Shown: piece by piece, positions 20,110 to 29,761 of the stretch
Position numbering within the stretch: the stretch's first letter is position 1
Layout of the letters: each line of letters opens with the position of its first letter
Source: a virus
Taxonomy: Duplodnaviria > Heunggongvirae > Uroviricota > Caudoviricetes
Direction: 5' to 3' (one strand)
IMG/VR virus record: IMGVR_UViG_3300032007_000006
Coordinates: 57,360 to 121,359 of that record
DNA: 64,000 nt
Position numbers and translations under genes: made by a program
Notes under the pieces: generated by a model
The model's input: only the letters and a program-made list of their open reading frames with translations
What the model was told of the DNA's origin: nothing
Database searches by the model: none

Positions 20110-21189
20110 CTATTCAACTGGCGTCAAAAATTCTGGAGGTATCTTGGACATTACGCACCCAGCGGCACCCTTGTGTCCACCACCTCCATACTTCTTTGCA
20201 ATTTCAGAGAAGTCTGGAGAAGAATCCGTAACGTGTTCATTGTAGAAGGACACGGAAACCTTGCCTTCCTTGTTGATGCTCCATAGCACAATGCCTTCAT
20301 GCTGGTCTGGATTATAGACCGTCTTTGCCATAAGGCTTGGACCTCTGCCATTGAGACAGAGCAGACGACATCCTTCCCATTGAATTGTATAGGCATTTCG
20401 AGCAGTCTTGGCCCATTGTCCTTCATTGTGCTCCTGAATGATTTTTCCTTCCTTAATGACTTCATAAGCCACAGTTGGATGCTTGAGCATGTCAAGCAGA
20501 TCATTCTGAACAAGCATTGTTCTAGCTTCTATTCTGTCCATTTTCAGACAGGTCCTGTCCATTCTGCTGACCATTGCCGCATTGAGCAGAATGCTTCCAT
20601 CGCGCCACTTTGACTGAAGGTCCCATGCATCCCACGCAGAAACGTATTCAAGAAATTCAGGAATGCTTTTTCCTTTCTGTCCGTTTATTGCAAGCCAGAG
20701 GAGCAGGGCGCCAGAAATGATTTCGCCTTCCTTCGGAAAGAAGGCATAGTTGTATGAATGCTCCTTGAATGGCTTCGATTCGCAGTCATTTCGTCCCACC
20801 CAGAATACTTCATTGACTGCGGCTAAATTTGCATCATCTTCAGCAGAGGAAACGTATACGCTGTCTGATTCATCGCATTTTCTAGAAGCGTATTTTCTAA
20901 TGGCAGAAATATGGTGATCTGTAGTCACTACTTTGATGCCATAGAGATTGAAATCGAAAACGGCGCTTTCAGTCAAGCTGATGTCGCCAGTGAGAATGTA
21001 GTCAAGACTTTCTCCACCAGATTCTTCAAATCTCTTGGCCAGAGCGTCAACGTCAAAGTCTCCATAGCTCCACCACCAGACGTTGGAGCAGTCTTCCTTG
21101 GCAATGCCAGCCTCTATGGCCACGGCGCATGAAGACCAGCCATCCAAGTCTGGCGCATGAAAGACGCACATGGTGTTCTTTTCATTCAT
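20110..21189 (-). CDS. DHH/DHHA1 phosphoesterase
   Basis: DLDG, GDIS, TDHH, SGA and GGGGHKGAAG motifs. Confidence 0.9.
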   Translation of the reverse strand: MNEKNTMCVFHAPDLDGWSSCAVAIEAGIAKEDCSNVWWWSYGDFDVDALAKRFEESGGESLDYILTGDISLTESAVFDFNLYGIKVVTTDHHISAIRKYASRKCDESDSVYVSSAEDDANLAAVNEVFWVGRNDCESKPFKEHSYNYAFFPKEGEIISGALLLWLAINGQKGKSIPEFLEYVSAWDAWDLQSKWRDGSILLNAAMVSRMDRTCLKMDRIEARTMLVQNDLLDMLKHPTVAYEVIKEGKIIQEHNEGQWAKTARNAYTIQWEGCRLLCLNGRGPSLMAKTVYNPDQHEGIVLWSINKEGKVSVSFYNEHVTDSSPDFSEIAKKYGGGGHKGAAGCVMSKIPPEFLTPVE

Positions 21190-21229
21190 ATTGGAAAATA
21201 TGGGATTCAAATTCAGCCTCCTTAGGACT

Positions 21230-21538
21230 TTAAACATTGGCCGCCATGAAATCACCGACAAGCGGACTGTGGCAGAATATGTTCGTCAATTCAGTATTGA
21301 TGCAGCATATGCTGGCAAGTTCGTTTTTATGGACAATAATTTCTGGACTGTCATCTATTATGAAACAATTTCCTTTGTATGTTTGAACGTTCTTTTTATA
21401 TTCAAGTTCAATAAAGGGAACTATTATGCATATAGTTCCATTTGTCTTATGCATGGCATAGACAGTAAGATTTTTCTCTCCCACGTCTCTTTTCCGTACA
21501 ACAGGAAAAACGCTGTCTTCCATTTCAACGCTGTCCAT
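21230..21538 (-). CDS. hypothetical protein
   Basis: GGGAGGAG SD; first gene after the promoter at 21561-21589. Confidence 0.6.
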   Translation of the reverse strand: MDSVEMEDSVFPVVRKRDVGEKNLTVYAMHKTNGTICIIVPFIELEYKKNVQTYKGNCFIIDDSPEIIVHKNELASICCINTELTNIFCHSPLVGDFMAANV

Positions 21539-21560
21539 CTTCTCCTCCCTTGACAGAAAA

Positions 21561-21589
21561 AGTCTAGCATCGTTCATGGCCAATGTCAA
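21561..21589 (-). promoter_or_regulatory. sigma70-type (early) promoter
   Basis: TTGACA-17nt-TAGACT with TG extension, immediately after a terminator hairpin (21591-21614). Confidence 0.7.
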
Positions 21590-21638
21590 GAAAAAAGGCT
21601 GGGAAGCCCAGCCTCATCAAAGCATGAAAGATATGCTT

Positions 21639-22346
21639 TTAATCAATCCAAACAGTCTCTGCCTGAGTCCATTCAATGTCTTGCTCGGCACACTTGGCAA
21701 GTTCCTTCTTCATGAAGTCAAAGCCTCGCATTTCAATGGTGGTTGGAATGGCCATCTCCTCGGAGAGCTGAGTCCATCTCTTGCAGTCGGTGGATTCTAC
21801 AGCAAAGCTGAAGTTCTTCTTTCCAATCTTGGTGAAATACTTGTCAAGCTGAGTGTAGTGGAAATCTCCAAGCTTGAAGCTTCCAGCAACTGGCTTGCCC
21901 ATGAAGTTGTCTGGACGAGTGAATATCCATTCAGCCTCCTTCTTGCAGTTGACGAAAAGAATGGAATCCTGCTTGAATCGCTTGCCCATTCCAATGGCGA
22001 AGGTGCGAAGCTCCTTCTCCCTGTCTGGGGTTGCATAGACGATGCAGGACATCTCGTCCTTAATTTCTACCTTATTGCCTTCAGCATCAATTTCGGTATA
22101 TCCACCAATGGCCCTGTTGAAGCCAAATCCCATGCCAAGAATGAAGCTGCGAAGCTCGTTGGTCTTGGCCTTGTTAATCTTGGCGTTTTCCTTTGGATCC
22201 TTGCGATTCCAGTCGCCGCGGCAGGCGGAAATGATGGCGATAGGCTCTCCAGCCTCCAGATGCTGCCTCAGCCTTCCAAGAGAGGCTTCATAGAGAGGGT
22301 TTTTAGGAATGCTTGATTCCTTGAGGTATTGCTTCAGACTCTTCAT
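21639..22346 (-). CDS. SAM lyase/hydrolase (T3 SAMase-like) with capsid-targeting-like leader
   Basis: IISACR, GGYTE..DEMS and FKQDSILF resemble T3 SAMase VSAFR / GCYRE..EE / WEQDCVLV. Leader MKSLKQYLKE. Confidence 0.7.
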   Translation of the reverse strand: MKSLKQYLKESSIPKNPLYEASLGRLRQHLEAGEPIAIISACRGDWNRKDPKENAKINKAKTNELRSFILGMGFGFNRAIGGYTEIDAEGNKVEIKDEMSCIVYATPDREKELRTFAIGMGKRFKQDSILFVNCKKEAEWIFTRPDNFMGKPVAGSFKLGDFHYTQLDKYFTKIGKKNFSFAVESTDCKRWTQLSEEMAIPTTIEMRGFDFMKKELAKCAEQDIEWTQAETVWID

Positions 22347-22392
22347 CTGCATTCTCCTTAATCGAGAAGTATTTCTATATTCTATTTGAATG

Positions 22393-22824
22393 CTACACCA
22401 TTCGCATGTCAAGGGCCGTACTATGGGCCAAATCCATTAAAATGACCTTGCCGTCCACTCCAATGCGAAGAACAATTGAGCATCCCATTTCCTGCGCCTT
22501 TTCAATGACCGACTTGAATAGAGTTCCTTCATAGTCGGAAGACATTACAAAGACTTGATCTCCACAGTCATAGTCCTGAGACAGTCCTTCGCAGGCAAAT
22601 GCTGCCATTGTCGGCAGGCATCCAAAATTCTTCTTCTGAGACATGGTCTGCAGCTCTTCCATTAAAGACTGCCTTTGATCTTCTGGAGCAGAGTCCAGAA
22701 AGACTATCAATGATGCTAGTCCTTTTTCCTGCCGCTTGTCAAGCAGATCCTTTGCAGGCGCTCCCAGCACGGCAATATACATTGCATAGCCTTCTCCATT
22801 TCCAATGAACATCTTGCACTTCAT
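22393..22824 (-). CDS. hypothetical protein
   Basis: 143-aa ORF in an operon after the lysozyme-like gene. Confidence 0.65.
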   Translation of the reverse strand: MKCKMFIGNGEGYAMYIAVLGAPAKDLLDKRQEKGLASLIVFLDSAPEDQRQSLMEELQTMSQKKNFGCLPTMAAFACEGLSQDYDCGDQVFVMSSDYEGTLFKSVIEKAQEMGCSIVLRIGVDGKVILMDLAHSTALDMRMV

Positions 22825-22829
22825 TTCCG

Positions 22830-23531
22830 CTATCCCCTTTTCCTGTGGTCATACTTGGCCAGACGAGCCGAAACGTTGTATAGCTGATTGGGCACCATGG
22901 CCTGCCACTTATGTCCAACCTCAAAGGTTACAAGACATTTGATTACTTCCGGAAGCCTTGCGGAGAAGTCTACCTTGTCATCAGGCTTGACTTTCAGAAC
23001 AGAACACATGTATGCAGTGTATTCGGCCCTGTCCGTCTTGGTATAGCGTTCAACGAACTTCCTTACAGTCTGAATGTTGTGCCTATGCTGGTAGTTCAGT
23101 GCAACCAGTCCAGCCGCGCGAAGCGAAAAGATGCGATCAGAGAATATGACAAAGCCTTCCTTGTCAACTCCGATCTGCCCGACAAACTTGTCTCCGTTCT
23201 CCAACTCCTTGATATTGCCTAAATTATTGTTCCTTACTCCAGTAGGCAGATGAAGCCTTTCGTTTGGCGTCAGCGAGGCGTGGATTGCAGGAACATATCT
23301 AACTTTTGTCTTGACAATCTCCTTTGACGCCTTGACGTTCTTCAGGTCTTTCTGCAGCTTGGCAATCTGAGCTTCCTTTTTAGACAGAACGTCATGCAGG
23401 CAGACATTCGTTCCATACAGATGGCACATGCTTAAAGCGATTGCCGCGATGGAGGCGCAGGCCAGACCACGGGGAGTTAAAAGATGCTTGACAGCAGATT
23501 TGGACGCCTTGAAAAAATCAGCAGTCTTCAT
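22830..23531 (-). CDS. lysozyme-fold muralytic protein with N-terminal hydrophobic anchor (structural protein P5-like / endolysin)
   Basis: RNNNLGNIK, GFVIF, TVRKFVERY, FEVG; Ala-rich hydrophobic N-segment then a coiled coil. Confidence 0.7.
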   Translation of the reverse strand: MKTADFFKASKSAVKHLLTPRGLACASIAAIALSMCHLYGTNVCLHDVLSKKEAQIAKLQKDLKNVKASKEIVKTKVRYVPAIHASLTPNERLHLPTGVRNNNLGNIKELENGDKFVGQIGVDKEGFVIFSDRIFSLRAAGLVALNYQHRHNIQTVRKFVERYTKTDRAEYTAYMCSVLKVKPDDKVDFSARLPEVIKCLVTFEVGHKWQAMVPNQLYNVSARLAKYDHRKRG

Positions 23532-23677
23532 AGAAATGCTCCTTTTCAGAAAAGTTTGTTCAACCAGCCTATCCCTAGCTGGCCAGAACACTTTGCCATA
23601 GGAGCAGAGACCTGTCAAGCGGTCCTCGTCAATTTTTCGCTGTCCCGTAAAATTCCTTCCGAGACCTCTCGGAGAGC

Positions 23678-24136
23678 CTAGAGAGACAGATTTTTCTCTT
23701 TAGAAGAGGCAAGTTTTCTAGCAATTCTCTTGACTTCTTCTACTGAAGTCTCAAACGGCTGTCCGCCATTGACTTGTGGATGGCTGACCTTGACTTTCGT
23801 TGAACCAGTGACGCATTTTCCAGACTGCCGGCAGGAAAGAATGATGGAATATCTATGCTCATCCATGGCCTTTATCATTCTCTTCTGATAGTCATACAGC
23901 TTGAGAGGAATGAGGCCTCTATCTACATGAACTACCTTCATGTAGTGTTCGGCAAAATAGCATGGATCTTTCATGCATTTTTCAATTTCTTCAAGATGCC
24001 ATTCAGTCAATCCAACGGAAACATTCTCCCGCTTTAAAAGGGGATTTCCATTGAATGTGCAGTCTGGTACTACGGCCTGTTTAGATGCATCTTCCAGTTG
24101 CTCTGCCAGCACATTCTGTTTCTGATCTTCCGGCAT
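23678..24136 (-). CDS. gp17: terminase large subunit N-terminal fragment fused to split-intein N-fragment
   Basis: GNPLLK, EIEKCMKDPCYFAEHY, LYDYQK, CRQSGK (Walker A lacking its T/S), then CVTGSTKVKV (intein block A) and a stop 45 aa later. Confidence 0.9.
   Translation of the reverse strand: MPEDQKQNVLAEQLEDASKQAVVPDCTFNGNPLLKRENVSVGLTEWHLEEIEKCMKDPCYFAEHYMKVVHVDRGLIPLKLYDYQKRMIKAMDEHRYSIILSCRQSGKCVTGSTKVKVSHPQVNGGQPFETSVEEVKRIARKLASSKEKNLSL
23681..23815 (-). other. 45-aa IntN split-intein fragment
   Basis: Starts with Cys1 right after the P-loop Lys; CVTGSTKV...SVEEV resembles block A of atypically split TerL inteins. Confidence 0.8.
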
Positions 24137-25839
24137 TCCCTGTCCTCCTTGATACAGTCCACAAGCGATTCAGACTTTGGACATCTTGAATAGTGGCTGT
24201 TTTCTCCAATGCAGAACTGGTCTACAGTGGTTCTTGAATGAATGGAACCAACATACAGTTCATTGGCCCTGTACTGCAGGAAGGCCATGAACGCCTTTCT
24301 ATGCTCTTCTGGAACAATGTCCATCATTTCAAGCGCCAGCATCAATGCTTCTATCTTGGCCTGAACGGCCTTTTCTCCAAGTCTGGCGTCTAGAATGGAT
24401 TCGATGGCATAGGCATTGTCTGCAATGTAGTCTGGAACGTCAAGTCCATTTGCGCCATAGTCAACATGCCTTCCATGAACAAAGACAGGAAGAAGACACC
24501 AGCAGTCCACATAAAGACCAGCATATTCAGAGAAGGAATCAACAAGAATTCCAGTTCTGTTCAGTGGATTGATAAAATGCATGTCCAGCGTCTGCCAGTT
24601 GCATAGAATGTTTCCCAAAGTCAAATTTCCATGCACTAGTCTTCCGCCAGTGCCGTTATGAAACACGGACTTTCTGTCCTTGACATGGCTTTCCATCCAT
24701 TCAAGATGTCTCTTCAGTAAAGTGTCCCATTTAATCATTGAAAATGTTGGAACTTTTGCGGCAATTAAATCCGTCCATCTATCTGAAATGCGTTCAAGAA
24801 ATCTTGTTCTGTCCTTTCTGTCTGCATCGGAACGCCAGTCCGGATCCTTTTCTGTCCAGAAATTCTCTTCTAGAATGTCCAGAGCCTTTTCAACCATCTC
24901 TTTCATGGACTTTTCGTCCATTTTTCTCTGCATCATGACAGCCTGTATTGAAGAATCAGGAATAAGCTGCAATTCTATCCAGTTGCAGTATTCACCTCGA
25001 ATATTTGGTCCTCTGTCAACAGGATTTTGAAGATATGTTTTCTGCACTGAATTGGCGCTTTCAAGGAAGTCCCATCGATCCCAAAGTTCCGACTGCACCA
25101 TGCGTTCCGTCTTCCATACGGATGGCGTCCACTTTTTAGTTCTCCAGGCATTTGAAGTCTTTATGGTCTGTCTTTGGCAGTCAATTTCAACAGCAAATGG
25201 AAGCGTTGAATCTGCTTCGGCCTGACGCTTCCAGGCCATAATGTAGTCTTTTCTTGTATTCAATGGAAGAAATGCATCAGAAGCGTCAAGTGCTTCCATT
25301 CTTCCTCTCTGCATCAATTCGCTTTCAAGACGTTCCATTGACCATTCATCATTTTGATCTAGAGAAACCATAAGATTGACGGCTTCAACAAAATCAGCCA
25401 GCTTCCACACGCTTAACGGCTTTCCATCAGCATACGCTCTAAATGAACCAAGACTTCCATCGGTAAATTTGGAAATGTCTAAAGCATACAAATCTGGACG
25501 CATTATCAACACTTCAGGATTTTGTCCATGTCTTTCGCTTAACCAGTCGAATGCTCCCCAGATGTCATCATCAATTCCCTGGGCATTGTCATCCTTTAGA
25601 AACACGAACTTTGTCTTGAAAAATTCATCATGCATTCCAAATCTGGCCCAGTTTTCAAAGTCCTTTAGACCAGAGCCAACAAGCACTATCTTTTCAAAAA
25701 ATTCCTCAAGTCGTTGAAGATCGTCAAGAATCGTGGCACACACTGGTCGTTCTCCAACAAGAAGCATGGCCTTTGGAGTTTCTGCTCCACAATTTGAAAT
25801 TGTTTTTTCCAGTCCTGACGTTGACAGTATGCAGATCAT
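24070..25839 (-). CDS. sugar-nucleotidyltransferase / APH-like kinase fusion, apparently degenerate
   Basis: N-terminal PKAMLLVGERPV; C-terminal LVHGNLTLGNIL and HFINP (canonical HGD..N and IDP). Late box upstream. Confidence 0.65.
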   Translation of the reverse strand: MICILSTSGLEKTISNCGAETPKAMLLVGERPVCATILDDLQRLEEFFEKIVLVGSGLKDFENWARFGMHDEFFKTKFVFLKDDNAQGIDDDIWGAFDWLSERHGQNPEVLIMRPDLYALDISKFTDGSLGSFRAYADGKPLSVWKLADFVEAVNLMVSLDQNDEWSMERLESELMQRGRMEALDASDAFLPLNTRKDYIMAWKRQAEADSTLPFAVEIDCQRQTIKTSNAWRTKKWTPSVWKTERMVQSELWDRWDFLESANSVQKTYLQNPVDRGPNIRGEYCNWIELQLIPDSSIQAVMMQRKMDEKSMKEMVEKALDILEENFWTEKDPDWRSDADRKDRTRFLERISDRWTDLIAAKVPTFSMIKWDTLLKRHLEWMESHVKDRKSVFHNGTGGRLVHGNLTLGNILCNWQTLDMHFINPLNRTGILVDSFSEYAGLYVDCWCLLPVFVHGRHVDYGANGLDVPDYIADNAYAIESILDARLGEKAVQAKIEALMLALEMMDIVPEEHRKAFMAFLQYRANELYVGSIHSRTTVDQFCIGENSHYSRCPKSESLVDCIKEDRECRKIRNRMCWQSNWKMHLNRP

Positions 25840-25864
25840 TTGTTTTTCGATGGGAAGCTGGGCT

Positions 25865-25896
25865 TATTTACAACGTCTTCTTAGAGGCTGTAAATA
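25865..25896. promoter_or_regulatory. divergent pair of T4-like late promoters (GTAAATA)
   Basis: TATTTAC at 25865-71 (minus) and GTAAATA at 25890-96 (plus). The same box precedes most structural genes. Confidence 0.7.
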
Positions 25897-25922
25897 TTTC
25901 TACACATTGCATTCAATAGTCT

Positions 25923-26912
25923 ATGGCCATAGAATCGGCAAAAGATCTTTATGTTGCCAATGGAGCAGATCTCCGTCATTGGCATGACGTATCATCAGAC
26001 ATTATCAAGTATCTGAAGGACAAAATTGAACGAGCTGCATCGGCCGTAGTATACAAAGGCGTTCTTCCCAACTTGGAATCAATCAATGACATAGATGACG
26101 CCTTAAAGGGAGACGTATGGACGAATGAAGAGACTGGCGTCAACTTCATGTGGAATGGAGAGAACTGGATTCCGGTCAGTCTTTTCAGAATGGACTTTGA
26201 CAAGGAAGCCATTGAAGATTCTGTCAATGGAATCCAGTCTGGATACATCTGGAAGTCTCTTCAAAATTTCATTGATGATCCAACAATATACAGAATAGTC
26301 AACAGCGTTGATGAAGATTCTGAATTGCAGAATTATATCCACGATATTTCAAATCAGCTGGCCGATCTCATTCAGGATCTGGAAGAACTAAAGGAAAAAT
26401 ATGACAGACTTCCAAATCCAATTATTTCGGAACAGGATGGCAATGAAATTTCAAAGTCGGAAGAGGATGGTGGAGCGTATTTTGATTCTGAACACTGTCG
26501 TCTTGCAGACAAGCTGGCGGTTCTGGAATCCACTGTACAGAATTCAATTACAAACAACGTTACAGTAATTGATGAATTGGATGGAAATCCAATTATCATT
26601 AATAAATCAAGTCCTGACGTAATCTATATTGAAGCAGATCAGGACGTTCATCTATTTTTTGAACCAGCAGAAAGGTATGCGTGGATAGTAAAGCACGTCT
26701 ACATTGATTCTCTAGCAAACATATCTCTTCTAGTAGAAAATGCATCGTTTGCCAATGTTGAAGAAGACCCCCACTATGGACAGTTAGGCTATGGTCTGCT
26801 GTTCAAGTGCATATGGATTGGAGGAAAGGTCATTCTTGAGGTGTTGGACAATTCGCAGTGCAAAACCAATGTTGAATCCTGGAAGGAAGAATCAGACGTT
26901 CAAAATCCATAA
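25923..26912 (+). CDS. tail fibre/baseplate-associated structural protein
   Basis: YKG..GDVW..TGVNFMWNG module shared with 27239; C-terminus paralogous to 3..269. Confidence 0.65.
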   Translation: MAIESAKDLYVANGADLRHWHDVSSDIIKYLKDKIERAASAVVYKGVLPNLESINDIDDALKGDVWTNEETGVNFMWNGENWIPVSLFRMDFDKEAIEDSVNGIQSGYIWKSLQNFIDDPTIYRIVNSVDEDSELQNYIHDISNQLADLIQDLEELKEKYDRLPNPIISEQDGNEISKSEEDGGAYFDSEHCRLADKLAVLESTVQNSITNNVTVIDELDGNPIIINKSSPDVIYIEADQDVHLFFEPAERYAWIVKHVYIDSLANISLLVENASFANVEEDPHYGQLGYGLLFKCIWIGGKVILEVLDNSQCKTNVESWKEESDVQNP

Positions 26913-26958
26913 AATACTATTCATTGCGTGTAAATATTAAAGCTTCAGATAACTTCAG

Positions 26959-27228
26959 ATGGAATACATAAAAAATCGTACAAAAATTCTAGTCAAGGAT
27001 GACAATGGAAGAATTGTTCAAGTCATTCCAGAAACGGAAGCGGCTTCAGTTCTCATGGGAAATGGAACTGTTGCTGATCGCATTGAAGAATTGGAAAGCG
27101 GAAAGGCCGATCTGAATCATTCTCATGCGATTAATGACGTTTTAACGCTTCAATCCGTTCTTGACGAAAAAAATCCATTAATTGATGAAGTTTCCAATGA
27201 AGAAATTCTGAATATAGTAAACAGCTAG
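26959..27228 (+). CDS. small fibre-cluster protein
   Basis: N-terminus KILVKDDNGRIVQVIPE resembles 36218; HSHAINDV fibre repeat; ends VSNEEILNIV. Confidence 0.75.
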   Translation: MEYIKNRTKILVKDDNGRIVQVIPETEAASVLMGNGTVADRIEELESGKADLNHSHAINDVLTLQSVLDEKNPLIDEVSNEEILNIVNS

Positions 27229-27238
27229 GGAGTAAAAA

Positions 27239-28378
27239 ATGGCGGCAACAAAATATCTAAGCTATGAAGGCCTGCAGTATTTGTGGAGCCTATTAAAGAC
27301 AAAACTTGGAGCGAAGCAGGACACAATCTCAGATTTGGAGGAAATCCGTTCAAACGCTTCAACCGGTGCTGGATTAAAGTCAAAGGTTGATGGCATTTCT
27401 GAAGGTGCCCAAGTCAACGTAGTTGAAACGATCAAGGTAAACAATGCAGCTCTTCCAGTCTCTGGAAAGGCAGTCAATGTTGAAATTCCTACGGCTGCCA
27501 CAACTGAACCATTAATGGATGGCACGGCTGCAGTAGGTTCTTCAACAAACTGGGCCAAGGCAGACCATGTTCATCCATCTGACAACACAAAAGTAGACAA
27601 AGTGGCTGGAAAGGGACTTTCCACAAATGATCTTACAGATGACCTTCTTCTGAAAATCAATGGCATTGAAGCTGGTGGACAGGTTAATGCAGTTGAAATC
27701 ATTAAAGTCAACAATACGGCTCTGGAGATCAATAACAAGGTTGTTTCCATTCCAAACGCAACTACTTCAGTCTATGGTGCAACAATTCTCAGTTCAGCAG
27801 TCAATTCAACGGCTGAAGATGCGGCCGCAACTCCATTGGCTGTCAAGACTGCATATGATCTGGCAAATGGAAAGCAGGATCCTGCAACAACTCTTGCTGG
27901 ATATGGAATTACAGACGTGAGCATTAACAATGGAGTCATAAGCATTGGAGGAAATTCAATAACTCCATTGACAGCCGCTGAAAATGACGCAACGGCCACT
28001 CCATCAATGAATGGAACGGCAGCAGTTGGAACGTCAACGAAGTATGCAAAGGAAGACCATGTTCATCCATCGGATAATTCCAAGGCCGACAAGGCCACAA
28101 CTCTTGCTGGATATGGAATTACTGATGCATATACCAAAAGTCAAATTGACAGCAAGATGACTTCCGCAATGCACTACAAGGGAAGCGTTCAAACAGCCGC
28201 AGATCTTCCATCATTAGACAATGAAGCTGGAGACTTCTACAACGTTGCAGACACAGGAGAAAACTATGCCTGGGCTCCAGCAGACGGAACTACTCCGGCA
28301 CATTGGGACATTGTTGGCAACATTATCGACATGCAGGCCATTCAGAATTCCGAAATAGACACAATTGTAGCCAGCTAG
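27239..28378 (+). CDS. tail fibre-like protein
   Basis: KYLSYEGLQYLW start; DHVHP repeats, GKGLSTND, AATPLAVK, TTLAGYGITD; ends IQNSEIDTIV. Confidence 0.85.
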   Translation: MAATKYLSYEGLQYLWSLLKTKLGAKQDTISDLEEIRSNASTGAGLKSKVDGISEGAQVNVVETIKVNNAALPVSGKAVNVEIPTAATTEPLMDGTAAVGSSTNWAKADHVHPSDNTKVDKVAGKGLSTNDLTDDLLLKINGIEAGGQVNAVEIIKVNNTALEINNKVVSIPNATTSVYGATILSSAVNSTAEDAAATPLAVKTAYDLANGKQDPATTLAGYGITDVSINNGVISIGGNSITPLTAAENDATATPSMNGTAAVGTSTKYAKEDHVHPSDNSKADKATTLAGYGITDAYTKSQIDSKMTSAMHYKGSVQTAADLPSLDNEAGDFYNVADTGENYAWAPADGTTPAHWDIVGNIIDMQAIQNSEIDTIVAS

Positions 28379-28400
28379 TTGAAATATTAATGGAAATGCT

Positions 28401-28425
28401 AAGGCGGACAAAGTCCGCCTTTTTT
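28401..28425 (+). terminator. intrinsic terminator
   Basis: AGGCGGAC-AAA-GTCCGCCTTTTTT. Confidence 0.8.
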
Positions 28426-28475
28426 AATGCCTGCATCATTGCAATGTAAATATTATGTCATCATATTGAACTGGA

Positions 28476-29756
28476 ATGGCTGTTGATACAAAGAAATATC
28501 TAGACACTGAAGGCCTTTCTCATTTTTGGGGAAAGATAAAGAGTTATGTAGGGGAAGCAGTTGAATCAGGAACATCCGACATAGCCAACAAGATTCATTT
28601 CGTTGTTCCCGATCAGAAGAGCGCGACTGCGACATTGACTGCATCGGTGGACGGCATTACGGCACTTGCTCCTGGGCTTGTCATTGCTTTACGGATGCCG
28701 TTTAGCAATTATGCCAACACTACGCTGAACATCAATAATCTTGGTGCAAAACCGCTGTATTATAATTCCGCCACCACGTCTTCAGGCAGGTTTCCTTCTG
28801 GATCACTCATTCTTCTGGTCTACGAAACGACAAGCAATGCCAACGGATGTTTTAAGGCTGTGTACTCCTACAACAGCGATGTAGTCTATTCCACAAGCCT
28901 GTATGCGGCTGGTTCGACAGGTGCCACAGAAAACGCATATTCAACTACAGAACCAGATTCGACATACCTTGTGTCCGTAGATCGCAATTCTGGCGGCAGC
29001 GTTACAGGCAGAACCAGCGTACAGCTTCTTGGTTCAGGAAGCATTTCCGTTACAGCAGATGATGGAATCGTCACTTTTGATTCTCCAGCATACGACAGAA
29101 TTGACAACGAAATGATAGACACCCTGTACGACAATGAATATGTATACATTGACAAGACGTTCAGAATACCGTCAAGAAACTCTCCCGGCGTGAGCGGTTT
29201 AATATATACAATTCTATGGAATACGGAAGACGGTTCTGATACGGGCTTGGACTATGTAACGTATAGCAGCGAACATGAAAATGAAGACCAAGCCGTCAAC
29301 GTGCCAAGCAACCAAGACTATGCGCTTTCCGTTCCCGTATGCAAGCTTAGTTCGTTTGTCGGCTACAACGCCACCGGAATAGCAGTAACTATAGCTGGAT
29401 ATGATGAAGATGATGTCTATCAAGAATACCATACTGTAGGATCGTCCATAACTGGATGTACAAGTTCCAAGTATTCGACATTTTCAGGAACGCTTGTCAA
29501 TGCGGAGGCTTCCGAACATAGTCCAAGCATGGGCCACTATTGGAGCATCATCGACTTTGATCCGACAGAAATAAATGGTCCAAGCGGTGAAATTACCATT
29601 GATCTTGAATTCAATGGAGATGGATTCGATGACTACAATGATACGTTTTCGGGAAGAATGGTTGCTCCAGGCGAACCAAAGTTCAGAGTAACGTTCTTCA
29701 AGGATCAGTCTGGAACCAATGTTATGATGAAGATCCGCTACGTCTGCGTAATGTAG
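28476..29756 (+). CDS. tail fibre-like protein
   Basis: KYLDTEGLSHFW start; TLNINNLGAKP module shared with 30747; internal IDNEMIDTLY then a unique acidic C-domain. Confidence 0.8.
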   Translation: MAVDTKKYLDTEGLSHFWGKIKSYVGEAVESGTSDIANKIHFVVPDQKSATATLTASVDGITALAPGLVIALRMPFSNYANTTLNINNLGAKPLYYNSATTSSGRFPSGSLILLVYETTSNANGCFKAVYSYNSDVVYSTSLYAAGSTGATENAYSTTEPDSTYLVSVDRNSGGSVTGRTSVQLLGSGSISVTADDGIVTFDSPAYDRIDNEMIDTLYDNEYVYIDKTFRIPSRNSPGVSGLIYTILWNTEDGSDTGLDYVTYSSEHENEDQAVNVPSNQDYALSVPVCKLSSFVGYNATGIAVTIAGYDEDDVYQEYHTVGSSITGCTSSKYSTFSGTLVNAEASEHSPSMGHYWSIIDFDPTEINGPSGEITIDLEFNGDGFDDYNDTFSGRMVAPGEPKFRVTFFKDQSGTNVMMKIRYVCVM

Positions 29757-29761
29757 AGGCA

